Source: the human T2T-CHM13v2.0 reference genome, Homo sapiens. From it: a stretch of 64,000 nucleotides of DNA. The position numbers were made by a program, and so were the translations under genes. The DNA lies in assembly GCF_009914755.1 (NCBI RefSeq), contig NC_060945.1; one strand, 5' to 3'. Shown in pieces: positions 40,801 through 55,514 of the stretch (within the stretch, counting starts at the first letter, position 1; each line of letters begins with the position of its first letter). A model generated the notes under the pieces. That model was given only the letters and a program-made list of their open reading frames with translations. It was not told the DNA's origin and did not search any database.

Positions 40801-43800
40801 AGGCTTAGTATAAATTATCTCAAAAGACAAAAAATAATAAACTTTATTATTTTAAATAGAAAAATAATTACTATCATTTACCAGCATATGACTTTTATCA
40901 ATGATTGATGCAAGATAAAGGTACACATATTTCATAGCTACTCACTCAGTTTCACCCTTGTTTTACTTCTTGCTTCTTTAAAAACAGACTCTTGGAGTGG
41001 ATTTTGAAATTTATTTATACATGTACAAATAACTGAATAATCTGATCAAGGCTTAAAATTTAGAAGAAAGTCGAGATGGAAGTATCTTTCAACAAGTCAG
41101 AAACCTTAAATTAAATAAACTATTTAGACTCATTGAATCTGTAATGTATCATCAAATGATGGAAAATAGTTTGTTTTGGAGAGGAAAGAGGAAAGGAAGC
41201 AGAGTCCTTTTGCCAGACATGAATTCCCAAGGGATATATTCATTACTTTGTTGCTTATACAAGGCCATAGAAATCAACACTCCTACAACACAGATCTTTG
41301 CAGCAGGCTCCTGTGAAACATTGGCTTCACAACATTTGGCAGAGCTCCCATCCCCTGCTTATAGATCATATCATACAACCAGTCTTTCAATTATATTTGC
41401 TGATGTAAAAAATAAGTGAAACACATGCATTTTTCTTTATGTTATTTTTCATTCATAAGAACATTTCTAAGGCATTTATTATTAGTATTTGGTTCCCGAT
41501 GTTTTACTAATAAGAAATCATGTTGTATTTCATGAAGCTTCTTTGATTAGCAATTTTATTTCTATTCCAGGGTGTCTATGTCACTTATAAGAAAGCTAAC
41601 CAGATGGAATCATCTGGTTATTTGTATATTAACTACTGTCAGAGTTTTAATAGTAAAATGATTTCCTTGCACAATGTGGCGGTAATAGAGTCAAGCTGTG
41701 GCTTAAATAGCCTTCCTAATGGAGGTTTCAAGAGAACTGAGAGGATTTATAAAAATTTACTTTGTGACATGCCTAATACGTGTATTATGTGTGTCGGTTT
41801 TTCCACTGCAACAGAAAGAAAGGCCAATACATTTCTAAATTGTATATTAAATATTTATAAACTTTTCTAAACGTGTGACATAAAAAGTATCTGGTCAGTT
41901 CCCTTCACTATAAATTCAGCTTATGTTCCTATTTATGGTGCTGCTGGAGCACCACAGCCCCGGGTCTCACACTAAATGCTTACTTGCAGATCCACCTAGG
42001 TAGTTCTCCGTAGAGGGAAGAGCTTCCCATGATCTTCTCCACAAGCATTTCTTTCAAAGCCGCGTTGCAGGAGTCACACATAATTGCCAGTGTTCCAGAT
42101 AACAAACTTCTTATTTCCATTACACTTAGAAGGGAATACATTTATCATCCTAAATGATACTAAGTTACTAAAGGATACTGAGAACATTTATCACCCTAAA
42201 TGATATTAAGATTAAGCTCCTATAGCAATTTTGTAGAGGTCAGTAGTAGGCATAGTTAGGAATATATATGTATACATTTAGGTGTATCAGTAGAAGGTTT
42301 GTGACAATAGCAGTTTGATTTTAGATGATGCTGATGTGAATCAGGAGATAATAGGAAGAATTGCAGTCATGCACACATTATTTTCAAAGTCATATTCTAA
42401 TGCTCCAATTTCGAAAATAGTTACTAGTGTCTGGTAATTCTACTTTTCATTTGTTATCAACCAACATACATTTAAATTTTACAGGATTATCAGCAACACA
42501 CAAACACAGACATGTACAATTAGTGTAAAAACAATGTTGATGGCTCCTGTTAAATCATTTGATGTTAGATCATTTCTTTTCAAGTATTCTTCCCTACTTT
42601 GACAGTTTTTTTGTTTTTACCAGGAAACAACAACAATTCACTATCAATAGCCCCTTTCTCCTGCCATTTTATTCCCATTTTAAGGAAACTTGCATGGGAA
42701 GGAACTGTGTAGGTGAAAAACAGAGGAAGAAAAAAAATGAAAGAAGAGAGATAAGGCTTAAAAGGGGCACAAGGAAGAAGGCTCTAAGAATAGAAGACGA
42801 AAGAGACCAAAAACTTCACATAAGGAAATTTTCTACAATCTCCAGAAAGTAGCATATAACTTTTTATGGGGGGAGGGGTTGCATTATTTTTTAACAGAAA
42901 AATTTTGAAAATTTTTTAATATGGGAGAAGAAAATACTAAAATAATTCTGCAAGTCTAAAAGTAAAGAAAATATGGATTTTATAAATTAGTAAAACATCA
43001 TAATTTAATACCCTGAATAGGAAGATAATCTAACAGAGAATGTAGACATTAAAAGGAAAACAACTAAAATAAGGAAATGGTAGAAATGCTTGGGGTTAAT
43101 GAGGAAGACATTTAACAAATAGGAAATAAATTCTCTATGTTTAAGAAAGACATAATTTGCTAAATTATTCATTTATTTAAAACCAAACAAGATTAATTTC
43201 AAGAGAAAACACTTCAATTAATTTAGATAAAATGAATGCATTTAAATGTGCCAAGAATTCAAATTTCCCAAGAAAGCCTATAAATTCATATGGAAAGAAA
43301 GAAAACTGTCTTGGGTTTATCTTCTATCACATAACGTGTCAAAGGACAAAAGAGAAATTGCTACATTATTGTGAGACAAAGGTTTATGGCATAAAAATTC
43401 AAAACAAAACCACTTTGCTCTTCCCGTGTGAAGGTAATCAAATGATACTCTTTAGATATGCAGATCTCAGAAAATGTATCATCCACAAAAATTTCATGAA
43501 AAACATTCCATCCACAAAGTTATATTCCAGTCAACTAAGATTTTTTTTAAAAAATGAAAACAAAGGCGTAGTATAAAATTACTGTCAGAGAATATTGAAA
43601 GCAGTTACATATATATACAAACACAACATATAAATAATCATTTTATATGCCTACAAATGAAAATCCAAAATACCAGATGTCAACACAACCTTGAAGCTGA
43701 TAAACTTAATAAACTGGGAAAGACATTTAAATACAGTACCATTTTACGTTTACATAAATGATAGGCAACAGTAATTTTATTGTATTATGTAAATATTTAA

Positions 43801-44874
43801 AGAAACATATATTTAAGTACACATTTTTCTTTTTTTTAGTTGTTTTATAGAATTTTTTTATTTCCAAAAATAACACATCATCAAGCAAAAATTCACATAC
43901 ATCACGGTGTGTAAAGACATGGTTAGTAATCTGTCATTCACACTCAGATAATTTCACACCCAACCTGTAATAAATATGCATCTATATTTATATTTCTTTT
44001 CATAAATATGTATAAAAAATTGAAAGTGGAAGTCTCAAGAATAATCTTGTTGGAGTTTATGTTCTCAAATAACATAACAAAATAAATGTTTTACCAACAT
44101 TAGTATATTGGTAGGAATTCCACTCCAAGTGAAGTAAGGTCCAGGAATTTCTCCTCAGTGATATTGAATCAAGTTTGAAAGGCCAAATTGATAACTCTTC
44201 TTTATGAGAAGTCTCAAGAGAAATTTAAAAATGTTGTAAACTAAATAAAATAAAAATATGGGAGTTTTCAAAATTTTGTTGTGGGATACAACAAAACAGT
44301 GCTTAGAGAGGAATTTATAGCATTGAATGAACACATTAGAAAAAAGAAAGATCAACATTCAATAACCTAAGCTTCTGCCTTGGAGAAGAGAGGGAAAGAA
44401 AGAGCAAGTTAGGTTACCGAATACAGAAGAAATAATGTGAAAAAACAACAGAAATCGATGAAAGTCAAAATAAGAAAACCAAAAACTGATTCTTTGAAAA
44501 GATTTTAAAAATTGATAAAACCCTAGCCTGGCTAACCAGACAAAATGTGAGAAAAAAATGAAACAGAAGTCTTTACTCCTTAAGGCATAGCTAGTGCAAT
44601 GAGACAAGAAAATTAAATTCAAAGTATATAGATTTGAAAAAAAGAAATAAAATTTTCTTTATTTGTAGATAAAATGTTTACATAAAAATCTTAAAGAATT
44701 GCACAAAATCACAAACAAACAAAAAAACTTGGAACTAATAAGTGAGTACAGCAAGGTTGCAGAAAACAATGTTAATATAACCAAAGTTGATTACTTTCCA
44801 ATGTACCAGCAATGAATAATGGGAATTTTAGATTACAAACAAAACAAACAAATCCAACGGTACTATTAACACTA

Positions 44875-45261
<387 letters not shown>

Positions 45262-45440
45262 AAAGAAATTGTAGAAGATTGAAGATGTAATTACATAAAG
45301 GTTTTCCACGGAGGTACCTGTTCACATTTCTGAAAACACTTTATATATGAAATGAACAATTAAATAGGTGATAGCAGATGGTAGAAGCTATGATTTTCTT
45401 TATTGGAGTAGGAAGTAGTGGGGGCTCGAGTGATCCATAC

Positions 45441-45866
45441 TGTTATAATTTGGTGGTGTGTCCTTTCCAAATTTCATATTAATATGTGATCTCTGTCCTC
45501 TCCAATGTTAGAGGTGGGCCTGGTGAAAGGATTTGGGCCAACGGAGGTGGATCCTTCTTGAATGGCTTATTGCTATTGTCATGGTAATCAGTGACTTTTT
45601 GCTCTATGAGTTTGCCTGAGATATGGTTGTTTAAAAGAGCTTGGCACCTCCTCCCTCTCTCTCTTTGTCTCTCTCAATATGTGATATGCTTGCTGCCCCT
45701 TCACCTTCTGCCATGATTGTAAGCTTCCTGAGACTTTCCTAGGAGCAGATGCCAGCACCATGCTCCTCGTACTGCCTGCAGAACTCTAAGCCAAAATAAA
45801 TTTCTTTCCTTTATCAATTAACCAGCCTCAAGTATTCCTTTAGAGCAACACAAACAGACTAACACA
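45441..45866 (+). mobile_element. MSTB solo LTR
   Basis: TGTTATAATTTGG...ACAGACTAACACA; TSD CATAC/CATAT. Confidence 0.85.
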
Positions 45867-45980
45867 CATATGGTGATAAATTATGGTTGGATAAACGACT
45901 ATGAACCCATTTTAGTTTAATTAGATAGCTGATTTCACATATAAGTATTTATAGATATGTGTATATATGGTTTAATAGAA

Positions 45981-46515
45981 TGTACTTTAAATATTTTTCA
46001 ATTTTCTGTATATTATGTTTTGACATCTTAGAAACCTTTTTGGCTGGGGAGAGACTGCTCTTCCCAAGGCTAGCCAATTTATAAAGTTAACAAAGGGCTT
46101 GGCCAGAGCATCTAATTGATAGCAAATTAACCAATGCAGAGACATACCTCCTCTAGCCTGTTCACCTCCGGAGGCCATATTCCTGTCTTAATCATCCCAA
46201 GGCAAAATACCAGGCAACTAGAGACCACCCTTAGAGCTCAAAGAAAGCAGAAATCATTCAAACTAGCCAGTCCTTACTGTTCATCTTACCCTGTCCTGTC
46301 TTGCCTCAATAAAATCAGTGACCTAAACCTTCCTATCACTCCTGTGTCCTGCCTCCTGACCACCTTGGTGTCCTTCCCTTGTTGCCTTGTGTGACACGCC
46401 ATGTCTCCTGTTTCATTGGGCTTACGAGTATAATAAACTTTTTTTCTCCAAGTCTCCCCCGTGTTTCCTTTTTTGGCCATATCTGACAGATCATCCCATA
46501 AATAAATACAAAACG
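45981..46515 (+). mobile_element. ERVL solo LTR (MER74/MER77-like)
   Basis: GAGACTGCTCTTCCCAAGGCTAGCCAATT..CCAGGCAACTAGAGAC..AATAAA. Confidence 0.55.
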
Positions 46516-47349
46516 TATATATGCATATATTTCATCACTGTCAGCTGAGAGGTCCTAGAAACAATGACATCTCAGTAGTCATGAGTACCCTCAGCTCCCA
46601 GATCGTGGTTTGTAATACAACTTTCTAATAAATGAAACCACGGATCTTCAGAGAATTGGCTGATTCGATAACTCGTAGGATATTAACAAGATGAGCCAGG
46701 AGCATCTTATAGTGCCAGAAAGTGAGGAAGTGTTCAAAATAGATAAACACGTTAAAAATAATGATAATAAAAATAAAAACTGCAATAACTATAATATGTC
46801 AAAAGACCAGGAGCCAACTGAAACCGCCTTCAATGGCCAAAAATGAAAAAAAAATTGAGCAATAAAATAAATAAAATGACAGTGAATTATAACCCAGAGT
46901 ATAGAGTATATATGTGAGTCCATACTGACAGTAATACATAAATAACTGAATATGTAAATTAAATAAAGGAAAATACACAAATCTGTGCAGAAGAATTCCA
47001 AGTAACTTATGTAGTTAGAGCACCTTCAAGAAGGGGAGTGTAAATCCCCACTTCTTACATGCAGGCTATGGATAGTAACTTCCTTCCAAAGAGTACAATA
47101 CTCCTCATAGTGGAGAAATTTCACAAACCCTACCTTAGCCACGTTATCAAGTTTAACTTCAGTAATGATAAGTCATATTGAAAATATGTACCTTTTATAT
47201 ATCATGGCAAAAATGACACTTTACATCTGTGGCCTTCTTCTAAAAAATATATACAAGTTTAATTTAATCATGAGAACACCATTAGACAAATACCAATTAA
47301 GGCAGTTGCTATAAAATCCTGGTCAGTACACCTCAAAACTGTCAGTGAT

Positions 47350-48140
<791 letters not shown>

Positions 48141-49239
48141 GTTATAAAACTCAAGAATACCCTGAGACATTGACACAAGCAAGCAGAAGCTAAGGAGATG
48201 TGAACACTGTGTAAAGTGGTATTCTGGATGAGATACTGTTAGAGAAAATAAGGACATTAGGGGTAAAACTAAGGAAATCTGAGCAAAGGGTGGATCTTAA
48301 TAATAATTATAAATATAGGTTCCGTAATTTTAACAAATGTATCATGCTATCATTAGATGTTAATAATAGGGGAAACTGAGTGTGTGGTGCATGGGAACTC
48401 CGGATAATCTTCATAATTATTTTATAAATTTAAAACTTAAAACGAATGAAGTGATTCTAAAGCAATATATTCTGATGAATAGGATCTAAAACAAAAACGA
48501 CTGAATGAACAAATTAACCACGAAAAACTGAATAAAAATAATAAGCTTACAGTAAAAGTCAAACATTAGTAATGTGTCAAAATAGACAGAATTTAATATG
48601 CAGAAAAACATGAGTTTTTAAAAACTATAGGACAAAGTTTAAGATATCATGGATATAAGCTGAAGGAAAACAAGAAGAATTTCATTTGTGTTATTAGGCA
48701 AAGAAAATAAATGTTACAGAACTTGGGATTTTATATAAAATGTTTTATTTAATTATATTTTGGAGAAAGAAAATTTAAACTTAATGAAATATATTTAGAA
48801 AATGAGTAATCAAAACAATAAATATCAACATTACACATCACTCATGACTTTTAAATGTAAAGTCTTATGTGCAATTTTAAACTAAATTATTAAAAATTTA
48901 GATAAAGCACATTATTTTTAAAACAGTAGAAATCTCCAATGTTTACTAAAAAATTAGACAAATTGCTATAGGTTGAATTTTTTTTTTTTTTTTTTTTTTT
49001 TTTGTAATCTGGCAAAGGACTACTTTGAACAAAGTTCCCAGTACTAAGTGCTCTTATGGGAAGTCATTTCAAACACTTATGGAATAGATATGTTACAGAA
49101 ATTGTTCCAGAACAAAGATGGGAAATATCCAAGGTCGCTTTGAAGCTAAAAATCTCTGATAATCAAACCTAAAATAGATGAACTAAAAAGAAGATCAACA
49201 GGCCATTTAACTATTGTCTTTTGTGAGGATGAATGCTGT

Positions 49240-49272
49240 ACCGCTTCTCAGTCTTTTGGTTAAGATCAAGTG
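49240..49272 (+). pseudogene. RNU2: 3'-truncated U2 snRNA retropseudogene (U2 nt 1-33)
   Basis: ACCGCTTCTCAGTCTTTTGGTTAAGATCAAGTG vs U2 ATCGCTTCTCGGCCTTTTGGCTAAGATCAAGTG (29/33); 18-bp flanking direct repeat. Confidence 0.9.
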
Positions 49273-49291
49273 AGGATGCATGCTGTAATAT

Positions 49292-50320
49292 TTGTGGTTG
49301 CTAGAATTTTAAGATGATCCTCAAATTTTCCACTCACCTGCTATACACAACACACATAATCCCCAAGACTGTTATGATGAATTGTACCCTCATAATTAGC
49401 TAATGTTATATGGCACAAATGTTTAAATATAGATTATCCAGGTGTTCCTGAGCACATCACAAAATCTCTTTAAAGCAGAAAGATTTTTTTGTTTTTTGTT
49501 TTTTGTTTTTCTGGTAATAGAAAGGGAAGTCAATAATTTGAAGTATGAGAAGGATCTGACTAACTGAAAATGAGGAAGCACACAGTAAGTGTATTAGTCA
49601 GGGTTCTCTAGAGGGACAGAACTAATAGATGTATATATGAACGGGAGTTTACTAAGGAGCATTGACTCACATAATGACAAGGTAAAGGTCCACAATAGGC
49701 CGTCTGCAAGCTGAGGGGCCAGGAAGCCCTCCCGAGTCCCAAAACCTCAAAAGTAGGGAAACCAACAGTGCAGCCTTCAATCTGTGGCCCAACGCCTGAG
49801 AGGCCCTGGCAAACCACAGGCGTAGCTCCAAGAGTCCAAAAGCTGAAGAACTTAGAGTCATTGTTGTAGAGCAGGAAGCATCCAGCACAGGAGAAAGATG
49901 GAGGCCAGAACACTCAGCCAGTCTAATCCTCCCACGTTCCTCTGCCTGATTTTATCCTAGCCACACTGACAGCTGATTAGATTGTGCCCAATCAGATTGA
50001 CAGTGGGTCTGTCTCTCCTAATCCACTGACTCAAATGTTAATCTCACCCCCACAGACACACTCAGGAACAATGCTTTGCATTTTTCAATCCCATCAAGTT
50101 GACACTCAGTGTTAGCCATCACAGTAAGGACTCTAGAAGCTGAAAGTGTCTAACAGCTGACAGCAAGGAAATAGGGACTTCAGTCCTACAAATGCAAGGA
50201 ACTGAATTCAATAAACAAAAAGAATGAACTTGGCAGAGAATTTTTTTCCAGACCCTCAAATGAAAGCTGAGTTCAGCCAACATCTTAATTTCAACCTTGT
50301 GATATCCTAAAGAGAGAAAA
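49292..50320 (+). mobile_element. MLT1E-type LTR split by MLT2A
   Basis: TGTGGTTGCTAGAATTTTAAGATG..AGATTATCCAGGTG..GCAAGGAAATAGGGACTTCAGTCCTACAA. Confidence 0.75.
49590..50123 (-). mobile_element. MLT2A (HERV-L) solo LTR, probably MLT2A2
   Basis: TGTATTAGTCAGGGTTCTCTAGAGGGACAGAAC...CCATCACA; perfect TSD GTAAG. Confidence 0.9.
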
Positions 50321-51019
50321 CAGATGCAAAAATTGTTAAGAACAAAGAAGTTTCATGCAGCGTGATTAATGAGCTTGGAATAATTAACCTTGATATAAAG
50401 CAAAGTATAATTGCAGAAATTCACTTTATATTAGCCATACAGTAGATATGAGCAAATTTTACAGAATTGTCATATACATCAAATCCTATGGTCTCAATGC
50501 AATTAAATTAGACTACATTAACAACATGTTAATAAATAAAATCTTCACCCAACTGGAGATTGAATGTTTTTAAAAACCTATTTTCCAATAACTCATGTTA
50601 TAAACAATGAAATGACTTGAGAACTCATCTTAAAAAAATTTCAGCATACAAATGTTTGGATAAGAAGGAACAGTTAGAACTCACAAGGTTGTATATGGAA
50701 ACAAGATGTAAAGAAAACTCTGCTGCCATGGAACCCAAATGAGAAAGTGCGGCAACTGATAATCACTCTTAGAAATAATGTTGTATTGTGCAATATCATC
50801 AACAAACTTAATGCTTTTTTGCCATCTTAAAAAATTAATTTATGATGCTTTAGTTCAAATAGGTCTTCAGTAATTTGTGTTTTTTTCCAAAATTAATGTA
50901 TGTTTATTAAATGGGAAACCTAAAACCCATGGCTGTAAATTGCTGTTTCTGACTTGAGCTGACATTTAAATCCATACAGTATATGAGATACATGATCTAT
51001 TTTCTCTGAAGCATCACTG

Positions 51020-52064
51020 TGTTACAGGATCTTTGGAGTGTTGGTTTTCTGGCTGGAAACCTTGGTGGCCAGTGAGGCCTTTGCCTGAGTTCCTGTCCTG
51101 TATCCAGAAAGCATGAGGTACACAGACAAGTGGAGGGTGAGCAAGAAGAGGAGCTTTATTGAGTGTTAAAACAGCTCAGAGGAGACTTGCAGTGGGTAGC
51201 TCCTCTCTGTAGGCAGTTCATCCTAGCCAGTGTTCAGCTCTCAGCAGAGAAGAAGCCCTGGAGAAGGTAGCTCCTTTGTGCTGCTGGTCGTCCCGACGTC
51301 TGCCCAGCTCCAAGCAGAGAAGAGGCCCTGGAATGGGTTGCTCCTCTCTGCAGCTGGCAGACCTGCCTCTCTTCAGGTCTCTGAAGCTCTCAGTGAAGGG
51401 TAGCTCCTCTCTGCAGCTGATCATCCCATCTGCTCAGCTCTGGATATTCCTGGAGCTTTTATGGGCCTCAGAGGGGAGAAAGTGCATGCCCTTTGGTCCA
51501 TGGGTGGCCATGGTCAAGCCTGGAAAGGGCACCACAAGTTCTCACTTCAACAGTGGGACTGGCAGCCCAGCCCCCAGCCTTCAGGCCCTCCCTGGCCTGA
51601 AGGTGGGGCCTCACTGGGGACCTGCCCCCATCTGTGCAGGAACCTGTTTGCCTCCTCTGCCTTCATGGTACCAGGGCTTGGCCAGACTTTGCCCCAAGAT
51701 CAGAGCAGGTGCTGACAGCAGGGAGGAGCTAGGCAGTGGGAACAGGCACTTCTCAGCCTGCAAGGGCAGGGGATCCTTCCTGGGCCCCCAAGAGTACAGG
51801 GATGCCTGAGTCTGCAGCCCTGGTTTGGGTGGCTGCAGCTGCGCCCAGGAAGGCAGGGCTCCTGCCTGCTCTGTGGAGCAGGAGGCCTGGGTCTGGAGTC
51901 GCAGTTTGGGCAGCTGCAGCGGCACCCGGGGAGCTCCTGCACTAACTCAGAAGGGGCAGGGTTCCTCCTTGTCCCCAGCTCCTGCTGGCTCCATGGAGCC
52001 TGCAGCCCCGGCTGTGATTCCCTGCTGTAGCAGGTGTGATGGCAGCCAGTAGCTGCTGCCATCA
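51020..52064 (-). mobile_element. MER52-type ERV1 solo LTR (GC-rich)
   Basis: TGTTAC...GCTGCCATCA termini; internal repeats GGGTAGCTCCTCTCTGCAG; TTTATT poly-A signal. Confidence 0.85.
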
Positions 52065-52708
52065 ATTACTCCCAGGAATCTTTATGGTCAATTCAGAAAC
52101 ATTATTTCAATCCCAGAATACATATGATGATTCAAAGCAATCTCAGGCATTTACTGAAGTCCTTTAATATCACATTCCAATTTCTAACTCATTGGATCTC
52201 ATTTCCATTTTACAATAGTTTGCCTAAATAGTTACCATCAGGAAATGCTTCTTCAAGCTTGATTTCCATGTACGCCCCGAGCTTTCTTCACAGCTTTGTT
52301 TCTTTTGGGCCAGAAGATATTCTTTCATATTTTAATATATTTAATTTTCATCATATAAGATCTACACCATAGAATTTATTTTTAAAATTTCACAAAATAC
52401 TTTTTGTCTTCTACCCTTACATTTTTTCATTCATTTGTTTTTATTTCAAAGAAAAAAACTAGAATGTGCCAATCCTTTTGGACAGAAGTAACTTAAGTGC
52501 CTATTTTTGTCATACTTTCTTGCAAGTCCTTTAGACCCTTAAAATAATTTCAAAATTTATCCTAAAATCCTCTTTGGAATAAAAATTCTTGACAATTTAC
52601 TAAAATGCGTGTTATACCCTTGATAGCGGCAAGTTTCCAAATCCACGTCTGACTCTTACAGCCAGGTCATTTACCAAAGCGGCCCAATAACAGAGGTGTA
52701 AGAAAGTA

Positions 52709-52764
52709 GGGGTGGTTCTAGGTTCATGCCTAGGCATTAACTGGCATGAACCTAGAACCATCCT
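52709..52764. repeat. inverted repeat: 18-bp perfect stem, 12-nt loop
   Basis: TGGTTCTAGGTTCATGCC (52713-52730) / GGCATGAACCTAGAACCA (52743-52760). Confidence 0.95.
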
Positions 52765-53063
52765 GGCACTTTTCTCTCTTCTTTATTTTCTACCTGTTTC
52801 AGGTGGGCTCCTTTTCCTGGATTTAATTTCCAAGCTTTATCCTCTGATCTCTTTTTATAATTGAATCAGCCACTAAAGATGACTTCCACCATTTTGAACC
52901 CCAGAAACTCTGTATAATTTTCAGTTTTGCTAGCCACAGCCACCCAGTCAAGTATTTACCAAACATCTACAATGTACCAGAAATAGCAAAGATATACCAC
53001 TTCAGTCGCAAGTTATGTTTTGTCATGGAAAGTTCTTGTGTGTTAATCCACGGTAGCAAAATG

Positions 53064-53091
53064 CACACACACACACACACACACACACACA
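53064..53091. repeat. (CA)14 microsatellite
   Basis: direct observation. Confidence 0.95.
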
Positions 53092-53211
53092 ATATTCCTA
53101 AGGTGATGAAAGAAAGAACTGTAAAACCTTAAACAAAATAATAGGTATATTTTAAACAATGTTGCTGGCTAGAATTTCCATACCAAGGAGATGTATACTC
53201 TAAAATGTCCA

Positions 53212-53584
<373 letters not shown>

Positions 53585-55514
53585 CTATTTTCTTTCATTA
53601 CTTCAGAATCATTTTGCTTCATGTTAGAAAAACTATGAGTTCCAATGAATGATCCAAACTGGTTTGCTGGTGGAAATTTGCTAAGACTGACTTTCAGAGT
53701 ATTTTATTGACTGATATTGGTATAATTGGGCAAGAATAGTCTAGAAAAAATTCACCACCCTTGAACAATTTTAGCTCTAAAAATATTTAAAATTCTCAGT
53801 AAGACTTCTGAGAGGCCAGAGTAAAATAATGTTATAAAGCTCTTACAATGCACTAAGCTAAAATTGTTCTCCGTATGGATAATTATACCCAATTCCTTGC
53901 ATTTATTATGAAAGTCAGGAAGATATTTGCCTGGGGTTGAAGGCATCGCTATATTATTACCCTTTATCAGAACTGTGGTCACATAGTTGAATTTTTTTTT
54001 AGTAAGACAATAAGGTAAAAAATCATCTTAAAAGTCAGTGCTTGACTAAAATTTGAGGCATTTTTTAATAATAGGAAATCCATGGCTCAGCCTAAGTTCC
54101 AGAGTCTGTTTACACAGAGCCAGCTGATGAAATATACTGATGCTTTTTTAAAAATTAAATGGTGCTAATAATAGATATTTTTGAGCCACTTCAAAGTAAA
54201 CAAAATACAACAGAATCAGACCATATATATAGTTCTTTCCTTGTTGTAGCTCATGGTTTTGACAACAGCACTTCTTAATTTTTTTGTCTGCCTAATCTTT
54301 TTTTATCTAGTCAGGAGCATCGCCTCTCCTGTGAATTAGGCAAAAAGCAAAAATACTTACAAATATAATTCCCAGTGTCAATATTTTTTCCTGTATTTCT
54401 CTCCTTGAAGTTCTTTCAGCCTGCTACTGTGAAACTTACTCCTAGATCATTATTTTCATCCTTTAATTTTGACATTTCCACAGAACAAAGAGTTCAATTC
54501 TCATTTCCCACGAATATGACTCAGGCTATTCCCACATCTGTGCTATCACTTTTCAGAAAATAGGGACCTCCACTTTCAATCACAAAAGGAGAAGTTTATT
54601 TTTGTCCAATTCAATACGTATTTTGAGAGTTTCATCCGATAGTGAGTTTCTTTTTTCTAGAATGCTTTAGGGTTAGTTCATCAAATATTTCAACCATTTT
54701 AGCCTTCTTCTCATTATCTGTTTATAAATGAGGTAAATTTTAGGAAAAACACCTGCTGATGGCCATGGTTTTAGGCTTTCAAGTTAACAACATAGAGAAA
54801 GACACCAAGCCAAAAACATCAGTCATAAAGATTATTTCTCCTGATACTATTTTTAATTTTTAATGAGGCAAACATATTCATATACATCTATACACACATA
54901 CATATATGCATTATATAAATAAGTATACATGTGCATGTGTAATTTATATGAAAACAGACTCCTTAAATGCATATGATTTTTACCTTGGACTATTTTTGAA
55001 TAGAGAAAATGAAAGTAGAAAATAGGTTTAGGGAAACTTTCACAGTAATCAAGACAAAGACATTATTGATTTAAAAGAATTATTTTCCCTTTTATCCTTT
55101 TATCCAAAATTATAGTGGACATTTTAGACTGAGTAGAAATATTCAGTCTCCCCAAAGCATATTCTACTGCTTAACACTGGTGCACCCACTTTAATTCGTA
55201 GGTATACCAAAGAAATACGGACTTTGGGGTGATAGAAGGGTAATAAAACCAAGAAATATGCATTTTCCAAAGTGACATTCTGAGGCCTACATTTTAGTTG
55301 TTTACTAAAGCTCTTTTTCCATAATATACAGCTTCAAGTGAAAGCCAACAGAATCTTTAATAGCCTAAACCCAGCAGTGACTTCCCTATTTATTTTGGAC
55401 AATAACAAGATTGATCAATTTTTTTGCCCTTTAATATTGTCAAGAAAGAAAAGAAATATTTGATAGTAAGATAACACCTTAAACAAAATTTGTATCCCCA
55501 ACTCAACTTTTTTT

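Noticed and set aside
41979-42083. Minus-strand ATG-initiated segment (MCDSCNAALKEMLVEK...) ending at the donor CAA|GTAAGC
   Set aside because: No recognisable protein, promoter or partner exon; compatible with chance
42138-42210. CRISPR-like repeat-spacer-repeat
   Set aside because: Only two repeats, eukaryotic context, no cas genes
52037-52064. 10-bp inverted repeat at the MER52 end
   Set aside because: Appears intrinsic to the LTR terminus
51218-52065. GC-rich block with several 100-177 aa ORFs resembling a CpG island or gene
   Set aside because: Lies entirely within a MER52 LTR; CpG-depleted; ORFs in many frames reflect GC content
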